This document shows, piece by piece, positions 7,453 to 17,826 of a stretch of 54,829 nucleotides of DNA. The DNA is taken from positions 1 through 54,829 of the forward strand of contig CALKWC010000042.1 in assembly GCA_938004395.1 (NCBI GenBank), given 5' to 3'. The stretch is from an uncultured Marinilabiliales bacterium. Its GTDB lineage: Bacteria; Bacteroidota; Bacteroidia; Bacteroidales; BM523. The notes below the pieces were generated by a model, which worked only from the letters and a program-made list of their open reading frames with translations, searched no databases and was not told the DNA's origin. Position 1 is the stretch's first letter; every line of letters begins with the position of its first letter. Made by a program: the position numbers and the translations under genes.

Positions 7453-9138
7453 ATGGAAGAAAAGGCCACAAAATCGTTGAATTTTATCGAAGAAATTGTA
7501 GAAAAGGATTTGGAATCCGGGAAAGTAAAATCTGTTGTTACGCGTTTCCCGCCTGAACCCAATGGTTACTTGCATATTGGACATGCAAAGGCCATATGCC
7601 TTGATTTTGGACTTGCAGAAAAGTACAAGGGAAAATGCAACCTTCGCTTCGATGATACCAATCCGGTAAAAGAGGATGTTGAATATATCGATTCTATCAA
7701 AGAAGATATTCAGTGGTTGGGTTTTTCATGGGGTGACAGGGAGTATTATGCATCCGATTATTTTGGAAAGCTGATGGATTTTGCCATTGAGCTGATCAGG
7801 AGAGGATTGGCCTATGTTGATGACCAGACATCCGAAGAAATTGCGCAGCAAAAAGGAACGCCAACTGAAGCTGGTAAGGAGAGCCCTTTCAGAAACAGAT
7901 CTGTGGAAGAAAACCTTGATTTGTTTCAAAGAATGAATGCAGGAGAATTTGACGAAGGTTGCCGTGTGTTGCGTGCAAAAATAGATATGACCTCTTCTAA
8001 TATGCATTTGCGCGATCCGATTATTTATAGAATTATCAAAAGATCACATCACAGAACCGGTGATAAGTGGAACGTATATCCCATGTATGATTTTGCACAT
8101 GGTCAGAGCGATTATTTTGAGGGAGTTACGCATTCCTGTTGTACGCTTGAATTTATTCCGCACCGTCCTTTATACAATTGGTTGGTGGATCAGCTTAAAG
8201 AAGGAGAATATCGACCCAATCAATATGAATTTAATCGCCTGAACCTTACTTATACAGTTATGAGTAAGCGAAAGCTTTTGCAACTGGTTGAAGAGAAATA
8301 TGTGGATGGTTGGGACGATCCAAGGATGCCTACCATTTCCGGTTTGAGAAGAAGAGGTTATACCTCGGATTCGATTCGTAATTTTGTGGATACCATTGGT
8401 TATACGAAATATCTTGCTCTGAACGACTTTGGTTTGCTTGAAAATGCTGTGCGCGAAGATCTCAATAAAACAGCCACAAGGGTAATGGGGGTGCTGGATC
8501 CTGTAAAACTAATCATCACAAATTATCCTGAAGGTCAGGTTGAAGAACTGGAGACAGTAAACAACCCGGAAAAGCCTGAGGAAGGATCAAGAAACATTCC
8601 ATTTTCACGGGAGTTGTACATAGAGCGTAATGATTTTATGGAAGATCCACCAAAGAAATTTTTCCGATTGGGACCGGGTAGAGAAGTACGTCTTAAGTCT
8701 GCATATATTATCAAATGTGAAGACTTTAAAAAGAATGAAGAAACAGGTGAAATTGAAGAAATATACTGTACTTACGATCCGGAAACAAAAAGTGGATCAG
8801 GTATAAGCAGAAAAGTAAAAGGAACACTCCATTGGGTATCTTCTGAGCATGCCTTTGATGCAGAAGTTAAGCTGTACGATCGCTTGTTTACAGATGAAAA
8901 TCCGGATGGGCACAAAGACAAAAGCTTTTTGGATTTCCTGAATACGGATTCTTTAAAGATATTGAAAGGATGCAAGCTTGAACCCGGTTTAAAGGATGCA
9001 AAACCTGGTGATCGATTCCAATTTACCCGCTTGGGTTATTTTACAGTAGACAAAAAAGATTTTATACAAGGCAAGCCGGTTTTTGTAAGAACGGTAACCC
9101 TGAAAGATTCCTGGGCTAAGTTATCAAAGAAGCAGTAA
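7453..9138 (+). CDS. glnS: Glutamine--tRNA ligase
   Basis: Class I HIGH motif (NGYLHIGHAKA), a KMSKS-type VMSKRKL, and a C-terminal anticodon-binding domain. 561 aa. Confidence 0.9.
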   Translation: MEEKATKSLNFIEEIVEKDLESGKVKSVVTRFPPEPNGYLHIGHAKAICLDFGLAEKYKGKCNLRFDDTNPVKEDVEYIDSIKEDIQWLGFSWGDREYYASDYFGKLMDFAIELIRRGLAYVDDQTSEEIAQQKGTPTEAGKESPFRNRSVEENLDLFQRMNAGEFDEGCRVLRAKIDMTSSNMHLRDPIIYRIIKRSHHRTGDKWNVYPMYDFAHGQSDYFEGVTHSCCTLEFIPHRPLYNWLVDQLKEGEYRPNQYEFNRLNLTYTVMSKRKLLQLVEEKYVDGWDDPRMPTISGLRRRGYTSDSIRNFVDTIGYTKYLALNDFGLLENAVREDLNKTATRVMGVLDPVKLIITNYPEGQVEELETVNNPEKPEEGSRNIPFSRELYIERNDFMEDPPKKFFRLGPGREVRLKSAYIIKCEDFKKNEETGEIEEIYCTYDPETKSGSGISRKVKGTLHWVSSEHAFDAEVKLYDRLFTDENPDGHKDKSFLDFLNTDSLKILKGCKLEPGLKDAKPGDRFQFTRLGYFTVDKKDFIQGKPVFVRTVTLKDSWAKLSKKQ

Positions 9139-9193
9139 AAGATTGAAGATTGTATTATGGAATATACTTATCTTTACAACAGAAATTGAAAAA

Positions 9194-9613
9194 GGAATGA
9201 ACGAAAATGCCAATCAGGACATAAGGTGGATTCAAAGATTTGTTAGTTTTAAAAAGGCTTTTGATCAACTACAACGTTTCTTGGAATACAAGGAGTTAAA
9301 CGAAATGGAGGCGCAGGGACTAATTAAAGCTTTTGAATATACATATGAGTTAAGCTGGAAGACTTTGCAGGATCTTTTAAAAGAAAAGGGGTATCATGAA
9401 ATTATTGGTCCAAAACCAGTAATTGAACAATGTTTTGCAGATGGTTTGATAAAAAATGGTAAAGCCTGGCTTATTATGCATCAAAGCAGAAATCTTACAA
9501 GTCATACATACGATAAAGAAACTGTTCAGGATATCAATCATGAAATCAGAAACACATTTTTTAACCTTTTTAAAGAACTGCGTGATAAATTAGAAGAGGA
9601 AAGGCAGAAATAA
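9194..9613 (+). CDS. HEPN-type nucleotidyltransferase substrate-binding protein (HI0074 family)
   Basis: WIQRFVSFKKAF..L...., KAFEYTYELSWKTLQDLL, and the Rx4H motif RNLTSH. The ORF track starts at 9143, but the family-typical start is MNENANQ at 9194. Confidence 0.75.
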   Translation, partial: GMNENANQDIRWIQRFVSFKKAFDQLQRFLEYKELNEMEAQGLIKAFEYTYELSWKTLQDLLKEKGYHEIIGPKPVIEQCFADGLIKNGKAWLIMHQSRNLTSHTYDKETVQDINHEIRNTFFNLFKELRDKLEEERQK

Positions 9614-9630
9614 TTCTATAATTAATTCAG

Positions 9631-9948
9631 ATGAGTGATAAAAGTGAATACGGTCTACTGGTTGAAGATTTAGAGTTAATAATTTCAATTCTTGAAAAAA
9701 ATGACCGTATAAAGGAAATAGTTTTATTTGGATCAAGAGCAAAAGGTAATTATTCTGATGGTTCTGATATTGATCTTGCGCTCAAGGGTGATAATTTAGA
9801 ACTGCGCGATCTTACAAATGTTAAAATCGATCTTGATGGTCTTCTGATTCCAAATAAAATCGATTTAGTTATTTTCAACAGAATAACAGAAAAAGCTTTA
9901 ATCGAACATATACAAAGGGTGGGAATAGTCCTTTATAAAAGAGTCTAA
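9631..9948 (+). CDS. Minimal nucleotidyltransferase (MNT), partner of the HEPN protein
   Basis: The GSx10DxD motif is present as LFGSRAKGNYSDGSDIDLAL. 105 aa. Confidence 0.8.
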   Translation: MSDKSEYGLLVEDLELIISILEKNDRIKEIVLFGSRAKGNYSDGSDIDLALKGDNLELRDLTNVKIDLDGLLIPNKIDLVIFNRITEKALIEHIQRVGIVLYKRV

Positions 9949-10034
9949 GGGCTTCATATTAACTAGCAAGGGTTGACCTTGACTCTTAGGGAGTATGATC
10001 ATAAAGCATAAAAAGAACTGAATAATTAATTTGA

Positions 10035-11564
10035 TCAATTAACTCTGTTCAGTATTGCACTTATTCTTTTCAGACTTTCTTCTTTCCCGATAATGCTTAA
10101 AATGTCAAACATATCCGGACCCATGGGCTTGCCAACAATGGCAACTCTTAGATGGGGCATTACCTGACCAAATCCAAGTTCTTGTTTTTCAAGATGATCT
10201 TTGATTTGCTTTTCAATTTCTTCTTTCTGAAATGATTCAATTCCATTGAGAACATCTGCAACATTTTTGATAATTTCAGAAGTATTGTCTTTCCACTTTT
10301 TCTTTAGGAATTTCTCATCGTATTCCTCAGGAGCTTCAAAGAAGAAGAAAGATTGATCCCATAGTTCAGGAATTAATTCAGCCCTTTCTTTTACCATTGA
10401 ACAAATCTTTTCAAGATCAAGTTGATTGTTTTTTACAGCTTTTTGCTCAAGTATTGTTTCCAGTTCTTTAGCCAGGAAAGAATTTTCTTTTTTCTGCATG
10501 TAAGCATGATTGAACCAGCGAGCTTTTTGGGGATCAAATCTTGCACCCGATTTGCTTACTTTTTCAATGGAAAACTCATCCATCAATTCATCCATTGAGA
10601 ACAATTCCTGTTCTGTACCCGGATTCCATCCCAATAATGCCAACATGTTAATAAAGGCTTCGGGAAAATACCCATCTTCCTTATAACCGGCAGATATATC
10701 TCCGGATTTAGGGTCTGTCCATTGCATAGGAAATACAGGAAAACCAAGCTTGTCGCCATCGCGCTTGCTTAATTTGCCATTCCCGCTTGGTTTCAATAAT
10801 AGTGGGAGGTGAGCAAACTCAGGCATTTCGTTTTTCCATCCCAATGCATCATAAAGCTGAACATGTAAAGGTAGGGATGGTAACCATTCTTCACCCCTGA
10901 TAACATGTGATATTTTCATCAGGTAATCATCCACCACATTGGCAAGGTGATAGGTTGGCATTCCATCTGACTTGTACAAAACTTTGTCGTCAAGGGTAGA
11001 GGAATGAAATTTTACATTTCCACGCACAAGGTCATTCATTTCAATGGTCTCATTTTCTGGAGTTTTGAAACGGATAACATAAGGAGTGCCATTTTCAATA
11101 AGCTGAACAACTTCTTGCTTGCTCATGCTTAGTGAGTTTCGCATTTGCAGTCTGATGGATGGATTGTATGAAGTATTGGCAGCCTTTTCTTCTTCCAGCT
11201 TTTTTCTCATCTGATCAAGTTCCTCGGGGCTGTCAAATGCATAATATGCTTTGCCTGCTTCTATTAGCTGCATTGCGTATTCCTTGTATATCTCTTTTCT
11301 TTCCGACTGACGATATGGACCAAAATCACCACCTTGTTCGATTCCTTCGTCTATCTGGATGCCACTCCACTTAAGAGAGTCCATAATATAACGTTCGGCG
11401 CCTTCAACATATCGCGTTTGGTCTGTATCTTCAATTCTAAGGATGAAAGTTCCCTTGTTCTTCTTTGCAAACAGATAATTATATAAGGCTGTTCTGACTC
11501 CACCAATATGCAGAGGTCCTGTTGGACTGGGTGCAAATCTTACTCTTATTTGTGTATGTGACAT
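10035..11564 (-). CDS. gltX: Glutamate--tRNA ligase
   Basis: VRFAPSPTGPLHIGGVRTALYNY (HIGH) and KLSKR (KMSKS). The start is set at MSHTQIRVRF because a TAnnTTTG box lies inside the longer ORF extension. Confidence 0.9.
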   Translation of the reverse strand: MSHTQIRVRFAPSPTGPLHIGGVRTALYNYLFAKKNKGTFILRIEDTDQTRYVEGAERYIMDSLKWSGIQIDEGIEQGGDFGPYRQSERKEIYKEYAMQLIEAGKAYYAFDSPEELDQMRKKLEEEKAANTSYNPSIRLQMRNSLSMSKQEVVQLIENGTPYVIRFKTPENETIEMNDLVRGNVKFHSSTLDDKVLYKSDGMPTYHLANVVDDYLMKISHVIRGEEWLPSLPLHVQLYDALGWKNEMPEFAHLPLLLKPSGNGKLSKRDGDKLGFPVFPMQWTDPKSGDISAGYKEDGYFPEAFINMLALLGWNPGTEQELFSMDELMDEFSIEKVSKSGARFDPQKARWFNHAYMQKKENSFLAKELETILEQKAVKNNQLDLEKICSMVKERAELIPELWDQSFFFFEAPEEYDEKFLKKKWKDNTSEIIKNVADVLNGIESFQKEEIEKQIKDHLEKQELGFGQVMPHLRVAIVGKPMGPDMFDILSIIGKEESLKRISAILNRVN

Positions 11565-11578
11565 ATTATTGTTTTTTG

Positions 11579-11586
11579 CAAAAATA
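11579..11586 (-). promoter_or_regulatory. TAnnTTTG -7 box upstream of gltX
   Basis: The minus strand reads TATTTTTG, about 15 nt upstream of the ATG at 11564. Confidence 0.45.
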
Positions 11587-11618
11587 AAATTTTTAGGCAG
11601 GAATAAGAACAAAATATT

Positions 11619-14600
11619 TTACATCCTGAAACCAATTACCAGTATATCGTCGATTTGTTCTTCGTTTTGTTTCCAGTTTTGGAAATAATCATCCAGTTTT
11701 TTGTGTTGTTCCTCATGTGTTTTGTCTGCTACTTCCAGCAGTACTTTTTTAAATCGCTTGATCATCATTTTTTTACCAAATTCACCACCCATTTGATCCT
11801 GGTACCCATCACTAAAAATGTATATCATATCACCTTCCTTATAAGGAATTTCATTGTCTACATATACCTTTTCAAAGCGTTGTGCTCCTCCAATAGATAC
11901 TTTGGTTCCCTTGTAAACAGTTAGTTCTTGGTTGCTAATTTTATACAATGGGCGCATTGCACCTGCGAATGTAAGTATGTTATTATGATCAATAGAACAC
12001 AAAGCCATATCCATACCATCTGATGAGTCTCCATCTCCTTTCTGGTGGAGAAATCTTATGATTTCCTGGTCGAGGCTGGTAAGGATTTCAGAGGGTGTAA
12101 TATTGTCTTTACTTTCTGTGATCTGTGAAAGGAGATTGCTTCCGACCATGGATAGAAAACCGGCAGGCACACCATGTCCGGTACAGTCAACAGCAGCTAA
12201 GTATTGTGTTTTATTGTGTTTGAAATACCAGTAAAAATCACCCGAAACAATATCTTTAGGTTTGTATAATATGAATAAGTCACTGAAGTATTTACTGATT
12301 TTTTCAACCGGAGGCAGCATTGCTTCTTGTATTCTTCGTGCATATCGCAAGCTGTCAGTAATATCTTTATAGGCTTCCTCAAGACGAATATTTTTTTGCT
12401 CTATTTCATCTTTTTGTTTCAATACTTCAAATGTTCGCTCTTTGACCATGAGGGCAAGCGTATCTTTGGCTTTTTTGAGCTTTCGTGTTCTAAAGCGTAT
12501 GTAGAAAAAGATGCCGGTAATAACGGCCAGAGCTATAAGAGTGTAGAACCATATGGTTTTCCAGAATGGAGCATTGATTACAAATAGAAATCCTGTTGGT
12601 TTCTTGTTCCAGATGCCATAATGATTAGATGCAATAACCTGAAATTCATAATCACCCGGTGGGATATTTGTGTATCTTACATAATTGCTGCTGGTTGGCG
12701 GTGACCATTCTTCTTCAATTCCTTTTAGGCGGTATTTGTATTGAACATTTTCCGGGATGATATAGTCAATACCAATAAACTCAAAAGTCAGATTATTTTG
12801 GTTGAACTGTAATTCAAGCTCATGAGGTAGTTTTATCCATGGAATAACCGAGTCCGTATATTGTTTCCAGTTTACTTCGTTATAATAGAGTTTGATTTTT
12901 GTTATATAGCTTTTGGGAGGGTTGATGCAGGTATTTTCTTCTTTGGGGTCGAAAATGGTAACACCTTCCACGGTTCCAATCCATATTTTTCCGTTTTCAT
13001 CAATGTCAACAGCGTTAGAATTGCATTCAATTCCAAAGAATCCTTCTTTTTTACCATAATATTTTACCTGAGTAAAGTTGCCCGATTCGTCATATTGTAT
13101 CCTGTTTATTCCTTTTTCGGTGCCCACAATTAGATTGTCATCTTTGTCAATTGTTAATAGGTAAATGATATTTGAACACAAACCATCCTTCATTTGGTAG
13201 TTTCTGTATTTTTTGCCATCAAATCGGCTTATTCCGTTATCTGTCCCTACCCATAAAACGCCTTTGCTATCTTCAACTATAGACCCTACACCATTGTCAA
13301 TAAGGCCATTATCTGTTGTGTGGCGCTTTGTTTTTGTCCCATGCTTTACATATCCATCACCTGTTGTAAAGTATATTGAACCTCTGCTGTCTTCATAAAT
13401 ATTCCAGATAATATCATCTTCGAGTTTAAGTTCTTCTGTTATGTCCTCAATTTTACCATTTTTATATTTTGCTGCACCTGACCCATAGGTTCCAATGTAT
13501 AGAGTACTGTCTGAAGCAAGAAGAAGACTCATTGTATAATTTTCCGGCAGACCATCATGAATTGTGTAGGTTTTGAAATTTGCTCCGTCAAAGGAACACA
13601 AACCATAATTGGTTGCAATCCATAGTGTATCATCGAGTCCTTTGCATATTGCATTAATGGAGTTGCTTGCCAGACCATCTTCGGTGTTGAATATTTTTAT
13701 TTTGCCGTTTTTGCGTCGCACCAGTCCCATACCATCTGTGCCAAACCACTGCTCATCCTTTTCTGCAATTACTGCCATTACAAAGTTGTTTACACCTCCA
13801 TTCGCAAAACTTATTTGCTGAAAAGTGAAACCACTGAATATAGAAACGCCTGCTCCATCAGTTCCAATCCATAGATTGTGGTTATTGTCCTCGTATAATT
13901 TATTTACTCTGTTAAATCCAATACCTTGTTGATCCCATATTGTCATAAAATTTTTTCCATCAAAAACATTTACGCCACCAATATCAGTTCCAATCCATAA
14001 TCGCATATTGTTATCCTGTTCAATATCCAGGACATGATTATCGGAAAGGCCGTCTGCTTTAGTATAAAGTTTTTGATTATCAGAGTAGTTCATCAACCCC
14101 TGGTTTAATCCCAGCCAAATCTGATTTTTATGGTCTTCAAATACGGTATTAACTATAAGTGTTTCGTCAATAAGGTTTTTGTGGATATTTTTACCATCAT
14201 ACATTACCAACCTTTCATCACTGGTGAAAAGCCACATCCTGTCAGAAGAATCAATGAACAGATTGTATATTTGAGTGCTTTTCAAGCTGTCGTGTTTGAA
14301 TAATTGCAGACTGTCATTTTTATAAAACCATAATCCATTGTTTCCCGCAAGCCAAATTACTCCATCGCTGCTTTGGTCTATTTCCCAGATGGGAACTCTT
14401 AAGCCATTTTTACCATCAAAACGAATGATAGAATCCCCATTATATGCTGCAAGCCCCATGTTTGTTCCAATCCACATTTTGCCCTTGCCATCATTATGTA
14501 AACTGAGAACGCTGTAGCCAGGAAGGTTTTCTTCTACCGAATAATACCAGGAGTGAATTCCATTATAAACTGTAATGCCTCCTCCATAGGTTGCGATCCA

Positions 14601-14762
14601 CATATTTCCCATGTCATCAGGTTCAATGTCAAAAACCTGAGATTGAGACAGACCTTCTTCCAGTGAATATTGCCTGAAATTGTATTTTTGGGCATTGGAA
14701 CTTTTCCCCAAAAGAAGAGAACAAACTACAACGAAAGAAATGACAAAGCGAAAGAAATACAT
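11619..14762 (-). CDS. Periplasmic two-component-regulator-propeller / Y_Y_Y sensor fused through one TM helix to a SpoIIE (PP2C) phosphatase domain
   Basis: It has a signal peptide and many repeats of the type W(I/L)GT..G(L/I)..(Y/F). A Y_Y_Y-like segment (YKYRLKGIEEEWS) and a TM helix (FYTLIALAVITGIFFYI) follow. The C-terminal part is PP2C-like (SGDFYWY...DCTGHGVPAGF...SDGYQDQ). Confidence 0.8.
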   Translation of the reverse strand: MYFFRFVISFVVVCSLLLGKSSNAQKYNFRQYSLEEGLSQSQVFDIEPDDMGNMWIATYGGGITVYNGIHSWYYSVEENLPGYSVLSLHNDGKGKMWIGTNMGLAAYNGDSIIRFDGKNGLRVPIWEIDQSSDGVIWLAGNNGLWFYKNDSLQLFKHDSLKSTQIYNLFIDSSDRMWLFTSDERLVMYDGKNIHKNLIDETLIVNTVFEDHKNQIWLGLNQGLMNYSDNQKLYTKADGLSDNHVLDIEQDNNMRLWIGTDIGGVNVFDGKNFMTIWDQQGIGFNRVNKLYEDNNHNLWIGTDGAGVSIFSGFTFQQISFANGGVNNFVMAVIAEKDEQWFGTDGMGLVRRKNGKIKIFNTEDGLASNSINAICKGLDDTLWIATNYGLCSFDGANFKTYTIHDGLPENYTMSLLLASDSTLYIGTYGSGAAKYKNGKIEDITEELKLEDDIIWNIYEDSRGSIYFTTGDGYVKHGTKTKRHTTDNGLIDNGVGSIVEDSKGVLWVGTDNGISRFDGKKYRNYQMKDGLCSNIIYLLTIDKDDNLIVGTEKGINRIQYDESGNFTQVKYYGKKEGFFGIECNSNAVDIDENGKIWIGTVEGVTIFDPKEENTCINPPKSYITKIKLYYNEVNWKQYTDSVIPWIKLPHELELQFNQNNLTFEFIGIDYIIPENVQYKYRLKGIEEEWSPPTSSNYVRYTNIPPGDYEFQVIASNHYGIWNKKPTGFLFVINAPFWKTIWFYTLIALAVITGIFFYIRFRTRKLKKAKDTLALMVKERTFEVLKQKDEIEQKNIRLEEAYKDITDSLRYARRIQEAMLPPVEKISKYFSDLFILYKPKDIVSGDFYWYFKHNKTQYLAAVDCTGHGVPAGFLSMVGSNLLSQITESKDNITPSEILTSLDQEIIRFLHQKGDGDSSDGMDMALCSIDHNNILTFAGAMRPLYKISNQELTVYKGTKVSIGGAQRFEKVYVDNEIPYKEGDMIYIFSDGYQDQMGGEFGKKMMIKRFKKVLLEVADKTHEEQHKKLDDYFQNWKQNEEQIDDILVIGFRM

Positions 14763-14902
14763 TTTTTCAAAAATACATTAATCCGAGATAAAAAAAAACG
14801 ACTCATAAATTCTTTGAAAAGATATTTTCGGCTCATAAATCAGTTTTCATATATTTTTCATAAACTTGCAGTAGGGAATGTTTAATTGTAATCTCTGACG
14901 AA

Positions 14903-16051
14903 TTGAATATTTATCTTAGAAAACAACGCTGGAAATTTTTGTTATTTATTGCAGCCGTAATTATTGGTGTAACATCTTTGTGGTACACAAATAAGCTTGT
15001 TAATAAATTGGCTCAGGAGGAACGGAAAAAGGTGGAGCTGTGGGCTGAAGCAACCAAACAGCTTGCCAATATTAATGATCCGAATCTTAATTTTAGTTTT
15101 TTGCTGGAAGTAATTACAACCAATGAGACAGTCCCGGTTATTCTCACAAATGAAAACAATAAAGTTGAGTCGCACAGAAACCTTGACTCGGTTAAAGCAT
15201 TGAATGAAGAATATCTGATGGCACAGCTCGAAATAATGAAGGAAGAGCATGAGCCAATTGAAATTACGCTGGTTAACGGGCATAAGAATTTTATTTATTA
15301 TAAGGATTCCACATTGCTGGTCCAGTTAAGCTATTATCCATATATTCAGCTGGGTGTAATTTTTCTGTTTATTTTGGTTTCGTATTTTGCCTTTAGTGTA
15401 TCAAGAAAAGCCGAACAAAACCAGGTGTGGGTAGGCATGTCAAAAGAGACTGCCCATCAGCTTGGAACACCAATTTCTTCCTTGTTGGCGTGGTTAGAGC
15501 TTCTTAAAATTGAAGGAGTCCGTCAGGATGTGTATCAGGAAGTAGAAAAAGATGTGAAAAGATTGGAAACGATAACAGAAAGATTTTCTAAGATTGGATC
15601 GGCACCCGTATTAAAACCAATTAATATTGTTGAAGTAATTGATAATGCTGTTCAGTATATCAAATCCAGGGCATCAAAAAAAATACAGTTTGTTGTTGAT
15701 CAACCCAACGATGAAATATTGATTCCACTAAATGTAGCGCTTTTCGAATGGGTGATTGAGAACATTTGCAAGAATGCAATTGATGCAATGGATGGTAACG
15801 GAACCATTGAGATAAACGTACAGGATCATACTCAGGTTGTTTATATAGATATTAAAGATACAGGGAAAGGAATTCCAAAATCGAAGTTTAAAACAATTTT
15901 TCAACCTGGATATACAACAAAGGAAAGAGGATGGGGATTAGGCTTGTCACTGACAAAGCGCATTATTGAATCGTATCATTCCGGCAAGGTATTTATTAAA
16001 AGTTCTGAGCTTGGAAAGGGTACTGTTTTTAGAATTGCATTGAAAAGATAA
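14903..16051 (+). CDS. Sensor histidine kinase (two TM segments, HisKA, HATPase_c); TTG start
   Basis: H-box ETAHQLGTPISSL, N-box ENICKNAIDAM, and G-boxes DTGKGI and GWGLGLSL. Confidence 0.8.
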   Translation: MNIYLRKQRWKFLLFIAAVIIGVTSLWYTNKLVNKLAQEERKKVELWAEATKQLANINDPNLNFSFLLEVITTNETVPVILTNENNKVESHRNLDSVKALNEEYLMAQLEIMKEEHEPIEITLVNGHKNFIYYKDSTLLVQLSYYPYIQLGVIFLFILVSYFAFSVSRKAEQNQVWVGMSKETAHQLGTPISSLLAWLELLKIEGVRQDVYQEVEKDVKRLETITERFSKIGSAPVLKPINIVEVIDNAVQYIKSRASKKIQFVVDQPNDEILIPLNVALFEWVIENICKNAIDAMDGNGTIEINVQDHTQVVYIDIKDTGKGIPKSKFKTIFQPGYTTKERGWGLGLSLTKRIIESYHSGKVFIKSSELGKGTVFRIALKR

Positions 16052-16117
16052 TAGGGTATTATTGTAAATATAATGTTATAAAAAAGCACTGTGTTTTTTT
16101 ATTCTGATATAAATTTT

Positions 16118-16125
16118 TACTTTTG
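16118..16125 (+). promoter_or_regulatory. TAnnTTTG -7 box upstream of the yceD-rpmF-plsX-fabH operon
   Basis: TACTTTTG lies 21 nt upstream of the start at 16146. Confidence 0.45.
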
Positions 16126-16145
16126 CACGATTATTTTAACGCGAA

Positions 16146-16700
16146 TTGAGCTACTTGGATCAATACAGAATTTCGCTTTCAGGATTAAAGGAAGGCGCGC
16201 ATGAGTATCGTTTCGATGTAGATGATACGTTCTTTGAGAGTTTTGAGCATTCTGAAATACAGAGAGGAAGTGTCAAAATTGACATTTTACTACATAAGAA
16301 TCCCGGGGGGTATATCCTGGAGTTTTCATTGAGTGGTTTTATTATGGTTCAATGTGACAGATGTCTTGAGCCATTTAACCTGGCTGTTTCATATGAAACA
16401 ATAGCATATGCCAAACTTAATGAGGATGAGGATTATGGTGATGAAGACAGTTTTACCTTAACACCAGGTTGCGATGAACTGGATTTATCACAAATGATAT
16501 TTGACTACATTATTTTAAGTCAACCATTATCTAAAATCCATCCCGACGATGAAAATGGAAACTCAACCTGTAATCAGGAAATGCTTGGAAGACTCAATTC
16601 GCACATGATTGATAATGTTGATGATGTGGATGAAGAGATTGATCCACGTTGGAATGAATTAAAAAAATTAATTAATAATAAGCAAAATGGCACATCCTAA
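16146..16700 (+). CDS. yceD: YceD/DUF177 family protein
   Basis: It sits in the conserved position upstream of rpmF. CDRCLEPF is a CxxC motif. The C-terminus is acidic. TTG start. Confidence 0.7.
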   Translation: MSYLDQYRISLSGLKEGAHEYRFDVDDTFFESFEHSEIQRGSVKIDILLHKNPGGYILEFSLSGFIMVQCDRCLEPFNLAVSYETIAYAKLNEDEDYGDEDSFTLTPGCDELDLSQMIFDYIILSQPLSKIHPDDENGNSTCNQEMLGRLNSHMIDNVDDVDEEIDPRWNELKKLINNKQNGTS

Positions 16701-16872
16701 AAGAAAAACGTCAAAACAAAGAAGGGATAAAAGAAGGACCCATTACAAAGCAAGTTTACCAACATTGGGTACTTGCTCAAATTGCGGCGCTACTGTGCAA
16801 TACCACAGAGTATGCCCGGATTGTGGATTTTACAGGGGGAAACTTGCTATTGAGAAGGAACTTGCTGTATAG
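16687..16872 (+). CDS. rpmF: 50S ribosomal protein L32
   Basis: [21 protein letters not shown], plus a CxxC...CxxC zinc ribbon. Confidence 0.9.
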   Translation: MAHPKRKTSKQRRDKRRTHYKASLPTLGTCSNCGATVQYHRVCPDCGFYRGKLAIEKELAV

Positions 16873-16887
16873 AGCCTTTAATTTGCA

Positions 16888-17826
16888 ATGAAGATTGGTA
16901 TTGATATAATGGGAGGCGATTTTGCTCCTGAAGCAACTGTGCTCGGAGCAATACAGGCCTGCCAGATATTACAGGATAAAGCCACAATCGTTTTGATTGG
17001 TGATGAAAATGGAATTCATCCAATTTTAAAGCGGGAAGGCTTCGATGTTTCAAGGTTTGAAATTGTTCATACTACTGAAGTTATCAATATGTCTGAGCAT
17101 CCTGCGAAGACTTTTTCAGCAAAACCGGATAGTAGCATTGTTGTTGGATATAATCTTTTGAAAACAGGTGCAATTGATGCATTTACAAGTGCTGGTAATA
17201 CAGGGGCAATGCTTGTTGGAGCCATGTATGTTGTAAAATCAATTGCTGGTGTAATCCGGCCTTGTATAACTGCTACTGTACCCCAGCTGTCTGGAGAGAA
17301 ATCTCTGATTTTGGATGTGGGTATTAATCCTGATTGTAAACCGGATGTTCTTGTCCAGTATGCGATACTTGGATCAATATATATAGAAAATGTCTTTGGG
17401 ATAAAAAATCCCAGGGTAGGTCTTTTGAACAATGGCGAGGAACCAGAAAAGGGAAATCTTTTAACAAAAGCTACGCATGAGATGTTGCTGCATGAATCGA
17501 AGATTAATTTCATTGGGAATGTAGAGGGGAAAGATTTGTATAATGGTACAGCAGATGTAATTGTTTGTGATGGATTTACTGGGAATGTGATTCTAAAACA
17601 GGCAGAATCTTTTTATACTATTGCTAAAGCCAGGAATATTAGTGATGAATATATTGATCTTTTCAATTTTGAAAATTATGGTGGCACGCCGGTCTTGGGT
17701 ATAAATGGCAATGTGTCTATTGGTCATGGAATATCCAATGCCCATGCGATAAAAAATATGATATTACAGGCAAAGGAAGTTGTTGATGTGAGATTATCGG
17801 ATAAAATTAAGGAGGCGTTTAAGTAA
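16888..17826 (+). CDS. plsX: Phosphate acyltransferase PlsX
   Basis: [23 protein letters not shown] and [11 protein letters not shown]. Confidence 0.9.
   Translation: MKIGIDIMGGDFAPEATVLGAIQACQILQDKATIVLIGDENGIHPILKREGFDVSRFEIVHTTEVINMSEHPAKTFSAKPDSSIVVGYNLLKTGAIDAFTSAGNTGAMLVGAMYVVKSIAGVIRPCITATVPQLSGEKSLILDVGINPDCKPDVLVQYAILGSIYIENVFGIKNPRVGLLNNGEEPEKGNLLTKATHEMLLHESKINFIGNVEGKDLYNGTADVIVCDGFTGNVILKQAESFYTIAKARNISDEYIDLFNFENYGGTPVLGINGNVSIGHGISNAHAIKNMILQAKEVVDVRLSDKIKEAFK

Noticed and set aside
10035-11612. Full-length 525-aa version of gltX, and likewise the longer versions of int (to 6786) and HEPN (from 9143)
   Set aside because: The N-terminal extensions are hydrophobic or unstructured, are absent from the family consensus, and in gltX contain the likely promoter box.
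16847-17513. Minus-strand ORFs of 68 and 148 aa overlapping rpmF/plsX
   Set aside because: They are antisense to highly conserved housekeeping genes, so they are shadow ORFs.
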